From Nitrosopumilaceae archaeon (GTDB lineage: Archaea; Thermoproteota; Nitrososphaeria; Nitrososphaerales; Nitrosopumilaceae): DNA of 64,000 nt. Below, piece after piece: positions 40,902-50,636 of the stretch. Under the pieces are notes generated by a model, which did no database searches, had not been told where the DNA came from, and was given only the letters and a program-made list of their open reading frames with translations. Positions within the stretch are counted from its first letter, which is position 1. Each line of letters starts with the position of its first letter. The DNA is taken from assembly GCA_965214835.1 (NCBI GenBank), contig CBDCCK010000002.1, forward strand, positions 64,001-128,000, written 5' to 3'. The position numbers and the translations under genes are program-made.

Positions 40902-43181
40902 TTATTTGTCGTTTCCAAGCCTTGCATCGGCGTCAAGCGCCAGTGCAAGCATCTTCTCTACATTTTCGGTGTCGGCGTTGCGGTTTGCCAGCAGCCAGAA
41001 CATCCTGCTTATGGTCTTGTCGCGTATCCCGAGCTCCCCGTGAAGGTACAGCATCTTGTGGCGCGACGTGACATAACTCAGGCACTCGCCGGAGTGCTCC
41101 TTCATGTTATTACTCATGACGTCTTTGATGTCGCAGTACTTGTCGGCGGACTTGCCGGTTCTGTCATACCAGGCAGTAGAGATCTTGTAGGGGATGCGCC
41201 TGGCGCTGAGGCACGCCTCCAGTTCAAAGAGGCGGTCACCGGTCTCGATGACGAGCAGCTTTTTGTCTGATTTGACAAGCTCTGCAAGCCTGGGCCAGTT
41301 ATGGAGTACAAGGACTATGTCCTTGCCGGCAGCAGGCATATGCGCAGGGAGCATCGGCCCCTCGCTTGTGACATACGCCGAGCCTTCGGCAGTCCTGATA
41401 AGATCGTCCTCCCGTATGCAGGAGCCGGAGAGCGCACTGGAGGGCTTGGTCAGGCAGTATCCGGTGTCCCAGCGCCCGAGGATTTTGCGCATGACAGGCA
41501 TCCTGCCGTTGTTTACGACGACAGTCATCCTGCCAACGTCTGCAACGCCCCTTCTCTCAGAGAGTACCACGCCTTTTTCCCCGGCCCTTTCCCTGTGGAA
41601 GTGGACTGGGACCTCGGTGACCGCAGGCGGCGCCATACGTTTGACTGCCAGGCCGTGCCTTTTGATGTACCCGTCAAGCGTCTCAATTCCAAGACCCGTG
41701 AACCTGTCCATCCAGACAGACGGATCATCGGGCCGGACGACCTCGATGCCGGGATCATGGCAGCGTACGGCATCGACCTTGGACTTTTCCATCTTTTCGG
41801 CTGCCAGGAACCGGCTGCCGCTGCAGAGTCCGAGCCTTGTGCGGCCGCCTCTGCTGTTACGAACCTGGTGTCTTGCGACTGCCAGGATCTCCTGCATCTG
41901 CTGATCGGACTCACTCCAGAGATTCTCGTCAATGCATGTCATCAGCGTCCGTTTTGGGTGGGAGAGATACTCCTCAAGCGTACCAACGCAGAACTGCTCT
42001 TTGAAGCATTTCTTGAATGCGGCATCAATGCCTGCGGTGATCCTTTTAGACGAGCCGTCGCTGAGCCTCTCCCGGTCAGGGGTAGGCGGGTACTTGCGCT
42101 CGTCAAGTATGTTGACAAACATCCTGGCGCAGTGGTATTTCAAGAAGCCGCCATAACCGTACTCGATTGGAATCCTTGCAAGAAACGTCTGCGCCGCAAA
42201 ATTGTAATGTGGGGTCTCGATTTTGCCGTTCTTCGTCCGTATGATTCTGAACACACAGGCAGCATCAAAGTCGTCATCGCCGAACTCAAAGACGTATGAT
42301 CCCAGAGACTGGTTGCCATTACAGGAGTTGAACAGGGGCTCGTCTTCCGCGCATCTTCCGGCCATCCCGGATATGGTTTCGGGCAGATAGGAGTGCGTTC
42401 CCTCCTCATACGTGTTGGCATACTCGGCACTGACGCGGGATCTGAGGTTCAGGATTGTGGGAACCCCGCTGAGTCGTGAGAGGAACTTTATCATGTCGCA
42501 TAGATGCACCATGTCGATCTTCTCGTACAGGGTGAGGCTTATCCTGGTTCCAAAGTGATCCATGTCAGGCTCCGGCAGCCCCGTCTGGAACCCCATCCCG
42601 TTCTTTCCCAGGACCGAGTACTTTTTGCCGGTCTCCCTAGAGTGGACGTCCATGATCATTATCTCTGACAAACACAGGTATGCGGCGCGTCCGAACCCGA
42701 ACTGCCCGTTCTCCGTTCCCTCAAAGTTGGTGGAGCGGCCAAGGACGGTATACACGTCGGTAAACGTCTCCCAGCTCATACCCATCGAGTCGATGCCCTC
42801 TATTGCCAGGCTGCGGTTTACAGGATCAAGGGTTATCTCTATGCGGGAGTCGGCGCCGTGATGTTTCATTGCGTGGCGGCACGCGCGGGCCTCGTTTGCG
42901 TACAGCTCCCGCAGGCCCGAACTGGCATGCTCGTACAGGTCGTGCGATATCCTCTGGATTACCACGTCCTCCTCCAGGGACGTCCTGATGAACCCGTCCT
43001 TTGTGCCGTCAGGCAGGGAGCCTGTACTGCCGGGGTTTGGGATAGGAAGCGGCTTTTCTGATATTATCTCCGGCTTGTAGTATTTTGTCCCGCTCAAGCC
43101 AGAGCAGTCATCAGAGTCACCCATCGTACGGCACCGGTCCGGATCGCGGGATCGTGGTGCGGCCAGGGGACTTTCCGTCAT
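40902..43181 (-). CDS. HSP90/GHKL-type ATPase domain protein, paralog 4
   Basis: LRELYANEARAC, DSMGMS, GQFGFG motifs. Confidence 0.88.
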   Translation of the reverse strand: MTESPLAAPRSRDPDRCRTMGDSDDCSGLSGTKYYKPEIISEKPLPIPNPGSTGSLPDGTKDGFIRTSLEEDVVIQRISHDLYEHASSGLRELYANEARACRHAMKHHGADSRIEITLDPVNRSLAIEGIDSMGMSWETFTDVYTVLGRSTNFEGTENGQFGFGRAAYLCLSEIMIMDVHSRETGKKYSVLGKNGMGFQTGLPEPDMDHFGTRISLTLYEKIDMVHLCDMIKFLSRLSGVPTILNLRSRVSAEYANTYEEGTHSYLPETISGMAGRCAEDEPLFNSCNGNQSLGSYVFEFGDDDFDAACVFRIIRTKNGKIETPHYNFAAQTFLARIPIEYGYGGFLKYHCARMFVNILDERKYPPTPDRERLSDGSSKRITAGIDAAFKKCFKEQFCVGTLEEYLSHPKRTLMTCIDENLWSESDQQMQEILAVARHQVRNSRGGRTRLGLCSGSRFLAAEKMEKSKVDAVRCHDPGIEVVRPDDPSVWMDRFTGLGIETLDGYIKRHGLAVKRMAPPAVTEVPVHFHRERAGEKGVVLSERRGVADVGRMTVVVNNGRMPVMRKILGRWDTGYCLTKPSSALSGSCIREDDLIRTAEGSAYVTSEGPMLPAHMPAAGKDIVLVLHNWPRLAELVKSDKKLLVIETGDRLFELEACLSARRIPYKISTAWYDRTGKSADKYCDIKDVMSNNMKEHSGECLSYVTSRHKMLYLHGELGIRDKTISRMFWLLANRNADTENVEKMLALALDADARLGNDK

Positions 43182-43245
43182 ATATGGTTGCTGTTTTCTG
43201 GTTCATAACATCATCTCCTTTGTTTTTTGAAATGGCGGCAGACAT

Positions 43246-44688
43246 GCTGCCGGGACATCCGGTGCCGTGTGGCACTGGCTGATCCGGCAGGCGCGGCCGA
43301 CGCGCTGGAAGGGAGGAGTTCGTTGTGTATGAAACATTTCCTCACCTTCCATACATGCGCTGCAGCCGTCTGGTGGCTGTGGGCGCATGTTTCGGCCTTC
43401 CCCTTTTTCAGAGAAGGAGAAGGCCAACCCGGATTGCTACTCCGAGCGTTCCACATGACACGCAAAGGTGCCGTGGAACTCATCAGTGGAATTTTCCCTT
43501 TTTGACTTGTGGCCGGCATGGATGCCGGACGGATTGGGCGCACCGCCGCCGCCGTCATGGCAATGGCCGGTGCTGGCTTGGCGGACATTTACCTGTCTGC
43601 CACGTACCACAGGGTATTCCTGTGGCGGCCAGACATCGGCCACGGCATGCCGGATCGCGAAACCGTAACACCGCAGCCGGGTGCCTGCCAGCTGTCAAGC
43701 GTGAACCGGCCTATCCTTTCCGGTGCCTGTCCGTGATTTGCAGCCCGTGTCAGGTCTACTGTGACGCCGCTGCTGGTTACGACCATCGTGTCAATCCTGT
43801 CGCCAAACACGTCCTCAAAGAGGTGTCTGGTACGGGCCTCGTCGCACAGCTCGTAGTACAGGTTCACGTGGCGGCTGCCAAGTACCCAGTAGTCAAGCTT
43901 GTACAGGCCTATCACTTCAGGAATCCGCCGGTGGCCTGTCACGCGATGCAGCTTTTCAAGGAATTCCTCGGCAGAAGCAAACCCCCTGCTGGGAAGGTGA
44001 TCGATGCTGCCAGCCGGTTTCAGGGTTACATGGACGCCCCAGCCGCGTATGTCGATGTAGGTGCAGAGGGGGTTGTCGCCAAACTCGGCCTCAAAGAGGC
44101 GCCGGGCACAGGCCTTTATGTCGTCTATGACACGCGACCCTCCGGGTGCGGCTGGAACGCCGCACACCCTGCCGTGCCTGTCACGGACAAGCTCCGAGCC
44201 CGCTGGAACGTACATGCCTAGGTTGCAGCAGCCGTACACCTTTCTGCCGTATTTGATAAAGAGCGCGGCAGTGTTCTTTTTCAGGGCATGCTGCTTCCCA
44301 AGAAGTGAGCCTGCAGCGATACACTCGGCAGTATCCGGTACCGAGGTTGATGGCAGGAATTTGCCGTCATACATTGTCACTGTTTTTTGGTCCATGATCA
44401 TCTCCTTTTTTGCAGGTGCGGCAGTCACGCTGCCGGGACATCCGGTGCCGTGCGGCACTGGCTGATCCGGCAGGCGCGGCCGATGCGCTGGAAGGGAGGA
44501 GTCCGCTGTGTGTGAAACATTTCCTCACCTTCCATACATGCATCCACTGCCGTCTGACGGCTGTGGGTGCATGTTTCGACCTTCCCCTTTTTCAGGGACG
44601 GAGAAGGCCAACCCGGATTGCTGCTCCGAGCGTTCCACATGACACGCAAAGGTGCCGTGGAACTCATCAGTGGAATTTTCCCTTTTGA
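43246..44688. repeat. ~260-bp imperfect direct repeat (about 43246-43505 and 44429-44688)
   Basis: GCTGCCGGGACATCCGGTGCCGTG...GGAATTTTCCCTTTT at both sites, bracketing 43589..44395. Confidence 0.9.
43589..44395 (-). CDS. 'QKTVAKY' domain fused to a different C-terminal domain, copy 5
   Basis: MDQKTVTMYDGKFL..KNTAALFIKY..VYGC. Confidence 0.72.
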   Translation of the reverse strand: MDQKTVTMYDGKFLPSTSVPDTAECIAAGSLLGKQHALKKNTAALFIKYGRKVYGCCNLGMYVPAGSELVRDRHGRVCGVPAAPGGSRVIDDIKACARRLFEAEFGDNPLCTYIDIRGWGVHVTLKPAGSIDHLPSRGFASAEEFLEKLHRVTGHRRIPEVIGLYKLDYWVLGSRHVNLYYELCDEARTRHLFEDVFGDRIDTMVVTSSGVTVDLTRAANHGQAPERIGRFTLDSWQAPGCGVTVSRSGMPWPMSGRHRNTLWYVADR

Positions 44689-45080
44689 TTCATGACCGGC
44701 AGAGGCGCCGGTTCAGGCTGTCTGTTCTGGCGCGATGCCTGAATCATGGCACGCGCATCCGGACTGCACCATCCTGCGATGCGTCCGAGGTTTCCTATAC
44801 TGGAGGCGCACATGGCGCGCACCAGATCGACGCGGTCGTCCCGCGCAAGCGCGTTGAGAACGCGCACTGCGACGCGGGGGTCCACCCTGTTCTTATGGGT
44901 GACGCACCCGGCTACTGCCAGGGACGCGTTCCCGGAAAGGGACTTGCGCGCGCCCTGCCAGTTGTGGCCGCAGCAGGAATAGAACTCGGCTGCAAGGCCG
45001 GAGTGGCCGTTAATGACCAGGGCGTTGATGATGCCCGATACGTTCTTTGCGCTTAGCAATGCCAGGTGGTGCTGCAGCAG

Positions 45081-46976
45081 TTATACTGCAGGCATGGCAC
45101 TGTGAACCGGGCCCTGGCGGCCGTCCTGCGGAAGCGTTCTGCGACTGGAACGGCCGGCATGACTGCCGCGCTTGCCGCCGGCACCACTGCCGGAGCCCCT
45201 GGACTTTAGGAGGGTCCTGGCAAGACCGGCCTCCGTGCCTTTGCGGTCCACCGATTCCAGGGCAGATGACAGCTGCCTGAGGGATCCGGTGTCAAGCGAC
45301 CTCATCGAGGCGAGGACGTCGACTGTGGAGGAGTGTGTGTCCGGATAATCCGAATCCTCCGGCAGGGGCAGATCCATTCCGGACTCTGCCACATATGCGC
45401 CGTACTCCTTGACAAGCCTGTCGACTGCGCCGTTTTTGTGGCCACTTGCGGGCCTGCCGGCAGAATCCCTTGCGGGCCTGCCGCCGAGGATGCGGTATGC
45501 AAGCTTTGCCTCGGTTCCGCGACAGCCGGAGTTACGGAGATCGGCTGCCAGCCTCTTCAGGGAGTCCCTCTCAAGGCTTCTCAGTGATGCCATCGTCTCC
45601 TCGATGGAAGACTCGACGTCAGGGTATGCGTACTCGAACTCTGACTCTGTAGAGTCGATTCCGGATTCCGTCACATACTTGCTGCATTCGGCAATCGCTG
45701 CCGCGTTGGCATTCATTGCAGAGCCGTGGCGGCTGCCTGCAGCGGTCTTTTTGGCCCTGCCGCCTGCCGACTGCTTTCGGGCTGCCGGCGCGGTGCCTTG
45801 GCATCTGGCATGCGCGATTATGGCAGACGGATCAAAGGTTCTTTTGCCGCCCAGTCCTGCCTTTGACTTGGCGCGACTGAGAGTGCCCCATCCGGAGCGG
45901 CCGTCAGCAGAAGATGACGGCGACCGGTTACTGCGACTTTTGGATCTTGCCGCCATAGGCTGGTGCACCCTGCGTACGGGGAGCTCCTCCGGAGAGTCGT
46001 CCATGACCTCGGAGTAGAACTGTACCAGTGAGGCCTGCTCGTCGAGCTCAGAGGCGCTTGCCTTGAGATACTCGGCAGTTGCGGCGTCCTTTTCTTCTGC
46101 CAGTATGCCGGAGAACGTCTCGCGAACCTCATCAGACATCTCTGCCACGCATGCAAGGCTGCACACGCTGTCCTGCACGGCAGGATCAGCCGCCGTTGAC
46201 ACGACGGAAGGCTCGCAGGTCTTGACAGACATCCTGTCAAACTTGGATCCGGTACTGCTGATCTTTCTCCAGGATCCACTGCGGTCGCGGATTGCAAACG
46301 CTATCTCCGCTTTCCTGCAGCTGTCAATGTATTGCTGCCACGGTGATGCGGAGCGTTCGCGCCTTGTAAGCAGTGCCTGGCCGGCCGGCACCATTCCGTC
46401 AACGCCTGATGCGTGAGACGGGGTATCGGCATGAGATGACACGTGGGAGTGCACATCGTTGATGCCTGCAAGGACGCCGGTGTCGGTGACTGTGCTCACG
46501 GAGCCGTCATCCATGCGGGCCGCAAGGAGGGACAATCGCCTGTGACAGTCCTCCATGGCGTAGATCTCGCCGGGACACCCGTCGTCTGCAGGGTTCAGTG
46601 CAGATGATACCGTCTCATCGAGCATGCACTCTGCTGTAAGCTCGGTCCACTCGTCGCACATTGACTGTGCAAGCGATTTGGCCCGGGCTATCCTTACGTG
46701 GCGCGGTTCCCGCATCCTGACGGGGTTGCCAGTGTCCACAAGGATTATACTCCCGTTGGACATGACTGCGACAATCTCGCCACGTGACATGAACATATGC
46801 GTTTTACCGCCGCCTGCACCGGACGTCTTGTAGTAGACGGCCCCGCGGACGTTGGCGGATCTTCTCACCTGTCGGCAGACGCTGTTCACGTCGTGTTTTT
46901 TGCCGTCGACACTTATCGCGTCGAGGCGCGTATCTGTTTGTTTTGGTTTTTGTTTTTGTTTTTGTATTTGACTCAT
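45081..46976 (-). CDS. Large hypothetical protein with low-complexity linker and duplicated C-terminal motif
   Basis: Start at MSQIQK; two copies of YV.ESG.D...YPD..S......S.RSL...SL..L...L......GTEA.LA. Confidence 0.7.
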   Translation of the reverse strand: MSQIQKQKQKPKQTDTRLDAISVDGKKHDVNSVCRQVRRSANVRGAVYYKTSGAGGGKTHMFMSRGEIVAVMSNGSIILVDTGNPVRMREPRHVRIARAKSLAQSMCDEWTELTAECMLDETVSSALNPADDGCPGEIYAMEDCHRRLSLLAARMDDGSVSTVTDTGVLAGINDVHSHVSSHADTPSHASGVDGMVPAGQALLTRRERSASPWQQYIDSCRKAEIAFAIRDRSGSWRKISSTGSKFDRMSVKTCEPSVVSTAADPAVQDSVCSLACVAEMSDEVRETFSGILAEEKDAATAEYLKASASELDEQASLVQFYSEVMDDSPEELPVRRVHQPMAARSKSRSNRSPSSSADGRSGWGTLSRAKSKAGLGGKRTFDPSAIIAHARCQGTAPAARKQSAGGRAKKTAAGSRHGSAMNANAAAIAECSKYVTESGIDSTESEFEYAYPDVESSIEETMASLRSLERDSLKRLAADLRNSGCRGTEAKLAYRILGGRPARDSAGRPASGHKNGAVDRLVKEYGAYVAESGMDLPLPEDSDYPDTHSSTVDVLASMRSLDTGSLRQLSSALESVDRKGTEAGLARTLLKSRGSGSGAGGKRGSHAGRSSRRTLPQDGRQGPVHSAMPAV

Positions 46977-47410
46977 TAAAACACCTTTTTTTGGTTGTCT
47001 CTTGGCACTGTCGTCATGACAGTGCAACGGCACGGCATTCTTTCCCGCGCCCGGTGTGATGCTGTAAAAAAACACATGATATGGGCCAGGTGACATCCGG
47101 CCCAAATGACACATGATAGAATCTTCATGCGCCGCTATACTGCGGAAAACTGTTCTCGGACTCCCACACCTGCCTGCCTGTCAGCCTACAATAGTAGGTA
47201 ATGCAGGATTTGGAGGCCGCTGTCAGGTCACGAAAAAATTGGGGTTTGGACCGTCTACATGCGGCCCGTGTTCAGATACGCACAGTTGGGACATGCCGTC
47301 ACATGCCTCCTGCCTTCCACACCTGCCTGCCTGTCAGCCCTTTCGGGTATTGCAGGGTTTGAAAACAGTTGCCAGGTCACTAAAAATGTTGGATGCGTGC
47401 AGCCCCGAGG

Positions 47411-47758
47411 TCAGTTGCTCTTTCTCAGATACCCGGCGATCTCCCTGAGAATTGCCGTGATGTCATCCAGCTTGTCCAGCTTGGTGTCGATTCGATCCAG
47501 CTTGTCCAGCTTGGTGTTAATCCGGTCAAACCGCTTGTGTATCTTGGAGACCTCGTCATGTGTAAGAAGCAGCATCGTAATCCCTACGATCGCAGGCATT
47601 ATAAAGACTCCGTACACGGGCCACTCTCTTAGCAGCTCCAGCACGTCAGATTCCCCGCCAAACATGAGGAAGAATCCGAACAGAAGCATGCTTACAAATA
47701 CGACTCCCATCGGTCTTCTGAAGAGGAGCTGTACCTTTGCAGTAACGTGTTTGTTCAT
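47411..47758 (-). CDS. Two-TM membrane protein with LDKLDRID repeats
   Basis: Tandem near-duplicate of 47877..48191 with extra heptad-like repeats. Confidence 0.78.
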   Translation of the reverse strand: MNKHVTAKVQLLFRRPMGVVFVSMLLFGFFLMFGGESDVLELLREWPVYGVFIMPAIVGITMLLLTHDEVSKIHKRFDRINTKLDKLDRIDTKLDKLDDITAILREIAGYLRKSN

Positions 47759-47876
47759 GTTGTTTGTTCCTTCGGACTCCCACACCTGCCTGCCTGTCAG
47801 CCTACAAAGTAGGTAATGCAGGATTTGGAGACCGCTGTCAGGTCACGAAAAAATGTTGGATGCGTTGCCCTTGATG

Positions 47877-48191
47877 TCAGTCCTTCTTCAGATACCCTGC
47901 GATTTCCCGCAGAACGGCGGTAATCTCGTCAAGCTTGTCAAGCTTGGTGTCAATCCGGTCAAACCGCTTGTGTATCTTGGAGACCTCGTCATGTGTAAGA
48001 AGCAGCATCGTAATCCCTACGATCGCAGGCATTATAAAGACTCCGTACACGGGCCACTCTCTTAGCAGCTCCAGCACGTCGGACTCCCCGCCAAACATGA
48101 GGAAGAATCCGAACAGAAGCATGCTTACAAATACGACTCCCATCGGTCTTCTGAAGAGGAGCTGTACCTTTGCAGTAACGTGTTTGTTCAT
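47877..48191 (-). CDS. Two-TM membrane protein (duplicate)
   Basis: Near-identical DNA to the preceding gene. Confidence 0.78.
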   Translation of the reverse strand: MNKHVTAKVQLLFRRPMGVVFVSMLLFGFFLMFGGESDVLELLREWPVYGVFIMPAIVGITMLLLTHDEVSKIHKRFDRIDTKLDKLDEITAVLREIAGYLKKD

Positions 48192-48312
48192 GTTGTTTGT
48201 TCCTTCGGACTCCCACACCTGCCTGCCTGTCAGCCTACAAAGTAGGTAATGCAGGATTTGGAGCCCTTGTCAGGTCACTAAAAAATTTATGGTGTTTGAA
48301 GGAACAGGATTC

Positions 48313-48741
48313 CTACGGCACCCGCCTGTCCATGGCCGACTTTATGCCTCCCAGAACAGACAGTATTTCCTTTAGCACGACGCGCGTCATCTCGCCGTCG
48401 TCTTTGAGTGTCTTGCGCGTCATCTCGCCGTCGTCTTTGAGTGTCTTGCGCGTCATCTCGCCGTCCTTTCTGATGGCCTCCGTGAGTGTCTTGCGCGTCA
48501 TCTCGCCGTCCTTTCTGATGGTATCCTTGATTCCGGATGCGACATCGGCCGTAAGGAATGACATTATCAGTCCTACGAAGCCGGCGATAATAAAGGCTAT
48601 GCCCTCGCCGATCATGTCGATTCCGTCATTGATATGGGAGGACACGGCCATGACGACGCCGGTGCCGGTTATCCATCCGAACACGATGTTGGCGCGCCTG
48701 ATGATCCTGTCCTTGATTCTCTTCCTCATGTTCACGTTCAT
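48313..48741 (-). CDS. Two-TM membrane protein with DGEMTRKTL repeats
   Basis: Hydrophobic helices; 33- and 45-bp internal repeats. Confidence 0.78.
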   Translation of the reverse strand: MNVNMRKRIKDRIIRRANIVFGWITGTGVVMAVSSHINDGIDMIGEGIAFIIAGFVGLIMSFLTADVASGIKDTIRKDGEMTRKTLTEAIRKDGEMTRKTLKDDGEMTRKTLKDDGEMTRVVLKEILSVLGGIKSAMDRRVP

Positions 48742-48883
48742 TTTTTCTCCATTTGGCGTCTCACTCGCCGTGCATTTCCCACACCGGCCTGCCTGTCAGC
48801 CCCGTGCCGCAATGGGACGGGATGATGCCGGTTTGGAATGGTTGGCAGGTCATAAAAAAAATAAAGGGGTGTTACGGCCTTTT

Positions 48884-49555
48884 TCAGCAGCCGTATGACT
48901 GTGCCCACGCTTCTCGCGCGAACTCGCTTTTTGTGCAGAACCTTTCCAGTATCTCGGCATGCCCGGAGGTGACAAGCATCTCGTTGATCGAGACCGCATC
49001 GGAGCTGTAATGACAGATCACCTTTGCTATCACCCTGTCATACGAGCCGCCGGGCTGGCCGTCGTCCACGTCGTATACCGCGACGCTTCCGACCGGGCAC
49101 TTGGAGCTGACGTATGCCGTGGCATCCTTGTACCCGAACTCCCCCCTCTCGGGGGTGTTGACTAGTGCAAGCCTGACCCGCTTGCCCTCAACGTCCAGCG
49201 TGTCGCCGTCGATGATCCTCGTTACCGCACCGGCCTTCAGGCCGATTACCGATGACAGCCCGGTGCCGCTCTGGTTGAGATACACCTGGTGACGCCCAAG
49301 GGGGTCTGCAGGCCTGTCCTTGTCGTCTGCCTGCTGGCTGTCTGGCGTGCTGTGCCAGTTGCCGGATCCGCGGCGGCTTTCTGCTGCGCCTGTGAACTGG
49401 GAATCAACGGCATGGCCTATGCTGTCAACAACGCTGTCCACGCCGCCTGAAACGACTGGCGTGAAATGGGCCGAGATTGCCGGCGCCACAACGATGATGG
49501 CCATCATAAGCACCATTCCGATGATGATGGTTCCTGTTGTTCTTAGTTTGGTCAT
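48884..49555 (-). CDS. Thermonuclease (SNase-like) with N-terminal membrane anchor/signal
   Basis: VTRIIDGDTL, VRLALVNTPE, YDRVIA, INEMLVTSGHA motifs. Confidence 0.9.
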   Translation of the reverse strand: MTKLRTTGTIIIGMVLMMAIIVVAPAISAHFTPVVSGGVDSVVDSIGHAVDSQFTGAAESRRGSGNWHSTPDSQQADDKDRPADPLGRHQVYLNQSGTGLSSVIGLKAGAVTRIIDGDTLDVEGKRVRLALVNTPERGEFGYKDATAYVSSKCPVGSVAVYDVDDGQPGGSYDRVIAKVICHYSSDAVSINEMLVTSGHAEILERFCTKSEFAREAWAQSYGC

Positions 49556-49623
49556 AGACGCCCAAAAATTTGGCGTTTCGGGTCTGCATAGCCCAGTCGG
49601 GCTGACCCAATCCTCAGTATGAC
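49551..49623 (-). ncRNA. Type I hammerhead ribozyme upstream of the thermonuclease AUG
   Basis: GUCAUA CUGAGGA UU GGGUC..GACCC GAAAC GCC..GGC GUC/UAUGAC. Confidence 0.9.
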
Positions 49624-49673
49624 TGCGTTGAGTGGAAATGAAAACAAGAAAAAAGAAGGGGCGGGCGTGAGCC

Positions 49674-49919
49674 CTAGTGGAAGTCGCATCGCCGGCGGTG
49701 AAAACCGTCCCAGCGGCAGCGGGGGCATGGCAGAATCTCCGGATCGCTCAGTACCCACCGGGCAATCCAGAGATAATCGTACCTGATCAGCCAGCGTACG
49801 GCCATCCGCATGCCGCCCCTGCGGACTGCGGAGCCAAAGCACCTGAACTCCTTGAGGATGTTCCAGAGCACGCGCGCCGAGACGTGCGTGTATACGCTGC
49901 TGTTTTTGCTAGAAGTCAT
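49674..49919 (-). CDS. Small Cys-containing hypothetical protein
   Basis: 81 aa, CPRC..CDFH end, similar to the end of 50262..50636. Confidence 0.6.
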   Translation of the reverse strand: MTSSKNSSVYTHVSARVLWNILKEFRCFGSAVRRGGMRMAVRWLIRYDYLWIARWVLSDPEILPCPRCRWDGFHRRRCDFH

Positions 49920-49991
49920 AGACGCCCAAAAGTTTGGCGTTTCGGGCTTGCATGAACCCCTGGAGGGGGCTGGCCCAATCGTCAGTATGAC
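49915..49991 (-). ncRNA. Type I hammerhead ribozyme
   Basis: GUCAUA CUGACGA UU GGGC..GCCC GAAAC GCC..GGC GUC/UAUGAC. Confidence 0.9.
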
Positions 49992-50063
49992 CGTTGAGTG
50001 AAAGGAAGAAAAAGAATGGGTGGGGAGGACTTGAGGATCCTCCCGGATCGAGGAGCGAATGAC

Positions 50064-50192
50064 TCACCGGTCTGCCGGTACAGTACGTCCCAGGTTCCTG
50101 AGATAACATTCGTCCTTGAAATCTGCTATGGCTGCCAGCTCATCGGAGGTCTCAAAGTCCTCTGCTGCGCCTGTATCATAGATGTAATCCAT
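50064..50192 (-). CDS. 42-aa acidic micro-protein (also 50791..50919 and 52601..52729; truncated at 51709..51759)
   Basis: MDYIYDTGAAEDFETSDELAAIADFKDECYLRNLGRTVPADR; frame kept in three copies. Confidence 0.6.
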   Translation of the reverse strand: MDYIYDTGAAEDFETSDELAAIADFKDECYLRNLGRTVPADR

Positions 50193-50261
50193 GAGTGTAA
50201 TGTGGAAATTCTTGCAAAGTGTAAATTGTAAAAAGAAAAAAGGGGGTTGTGACTGCGGCCG

Positions 50262-50636
50262 CTAATGGAAGTTACACCACGTCCAGTACGAGCCCCAGTT
50301 CTCATCTTCCTGAACCCAGACTTTGTAACAATGGGGACACTTCACGTCAAACGGCGCCTCACGAGCCAATCGGAGAACCTCCCGGGTGCAATCCCAGAAA
50401 CGGCGCCATTTGGTTCTCAGGCTACAACCATAGCCATACCAGAGGCGCAGTTCGCAAAGGCGTTCTGCATGGCGCAGGGTACAACCGTGCAGACATGCAC
50501 ACGACTCAGGCCTGAAATTACGGTAGAGTTGATAGCAGACGCGCACCCACAGGTGTGAATAGATGCCTCTTTTTTTCACACGAGGGTATTTTGCCAGTGC
50601 TGTCTTTTCGTCGTAATAGATGCTTTTCGAAGTCAT
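50262..50636 (-). CDS. Cys-rich hypothetical protein
   Basis: Starts MTSKSIYY at the hammerhead cut site; CPHC..CNFH end. Confidence 0.62.
   Translation of the reverse strand: MTSKSIYYDEKTALAKYPRVKKRGIYSHLWVRVCYQLYRNFRPESCACLHGCTLRHAERLCELRLWYGYGCSLRTKWRRFWDCTREVLRLAREAPFDVKCPHCYKVWVQEDENWGSYWTWCNFH

Larger units (their letters stand above)
47158..48852 (-). ncRNA. Five copies of an unclassified structured RNA motif (47158-47230, 47312-47379, 47774-47845, 48207-48277, 48773-48852)
   Basis: UGACCUG...P1-AAA-CCUGC-[variable hairpin]-CUGACAGGCAG-GCAGG-UGUG-P1'; compensatory changes and G-U pairs favour the minus strand. Confidence 0.75.

Noticed and set aside
11284-42299. Long plus-strand ORFs (e.g. 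14415..16028, 12373..13434, 23329..24288, 41301..42299)
   Set aside because: Antisense shadows of motif-bearing minus-strand genes in GC-rich DNA
43246-44688. Diversity-generating retroelement template/variable repeat pair
   Set aside because: Differences between the copies are not adenine-specific and no reverse transcriptase was seen
47158-48852. HDV-like ribozyme call for the five-copy motif
   Set aside because: A pseudoknot is plausible, but no P3/L3, P1.1 or J4/2 catalytic C in the required order
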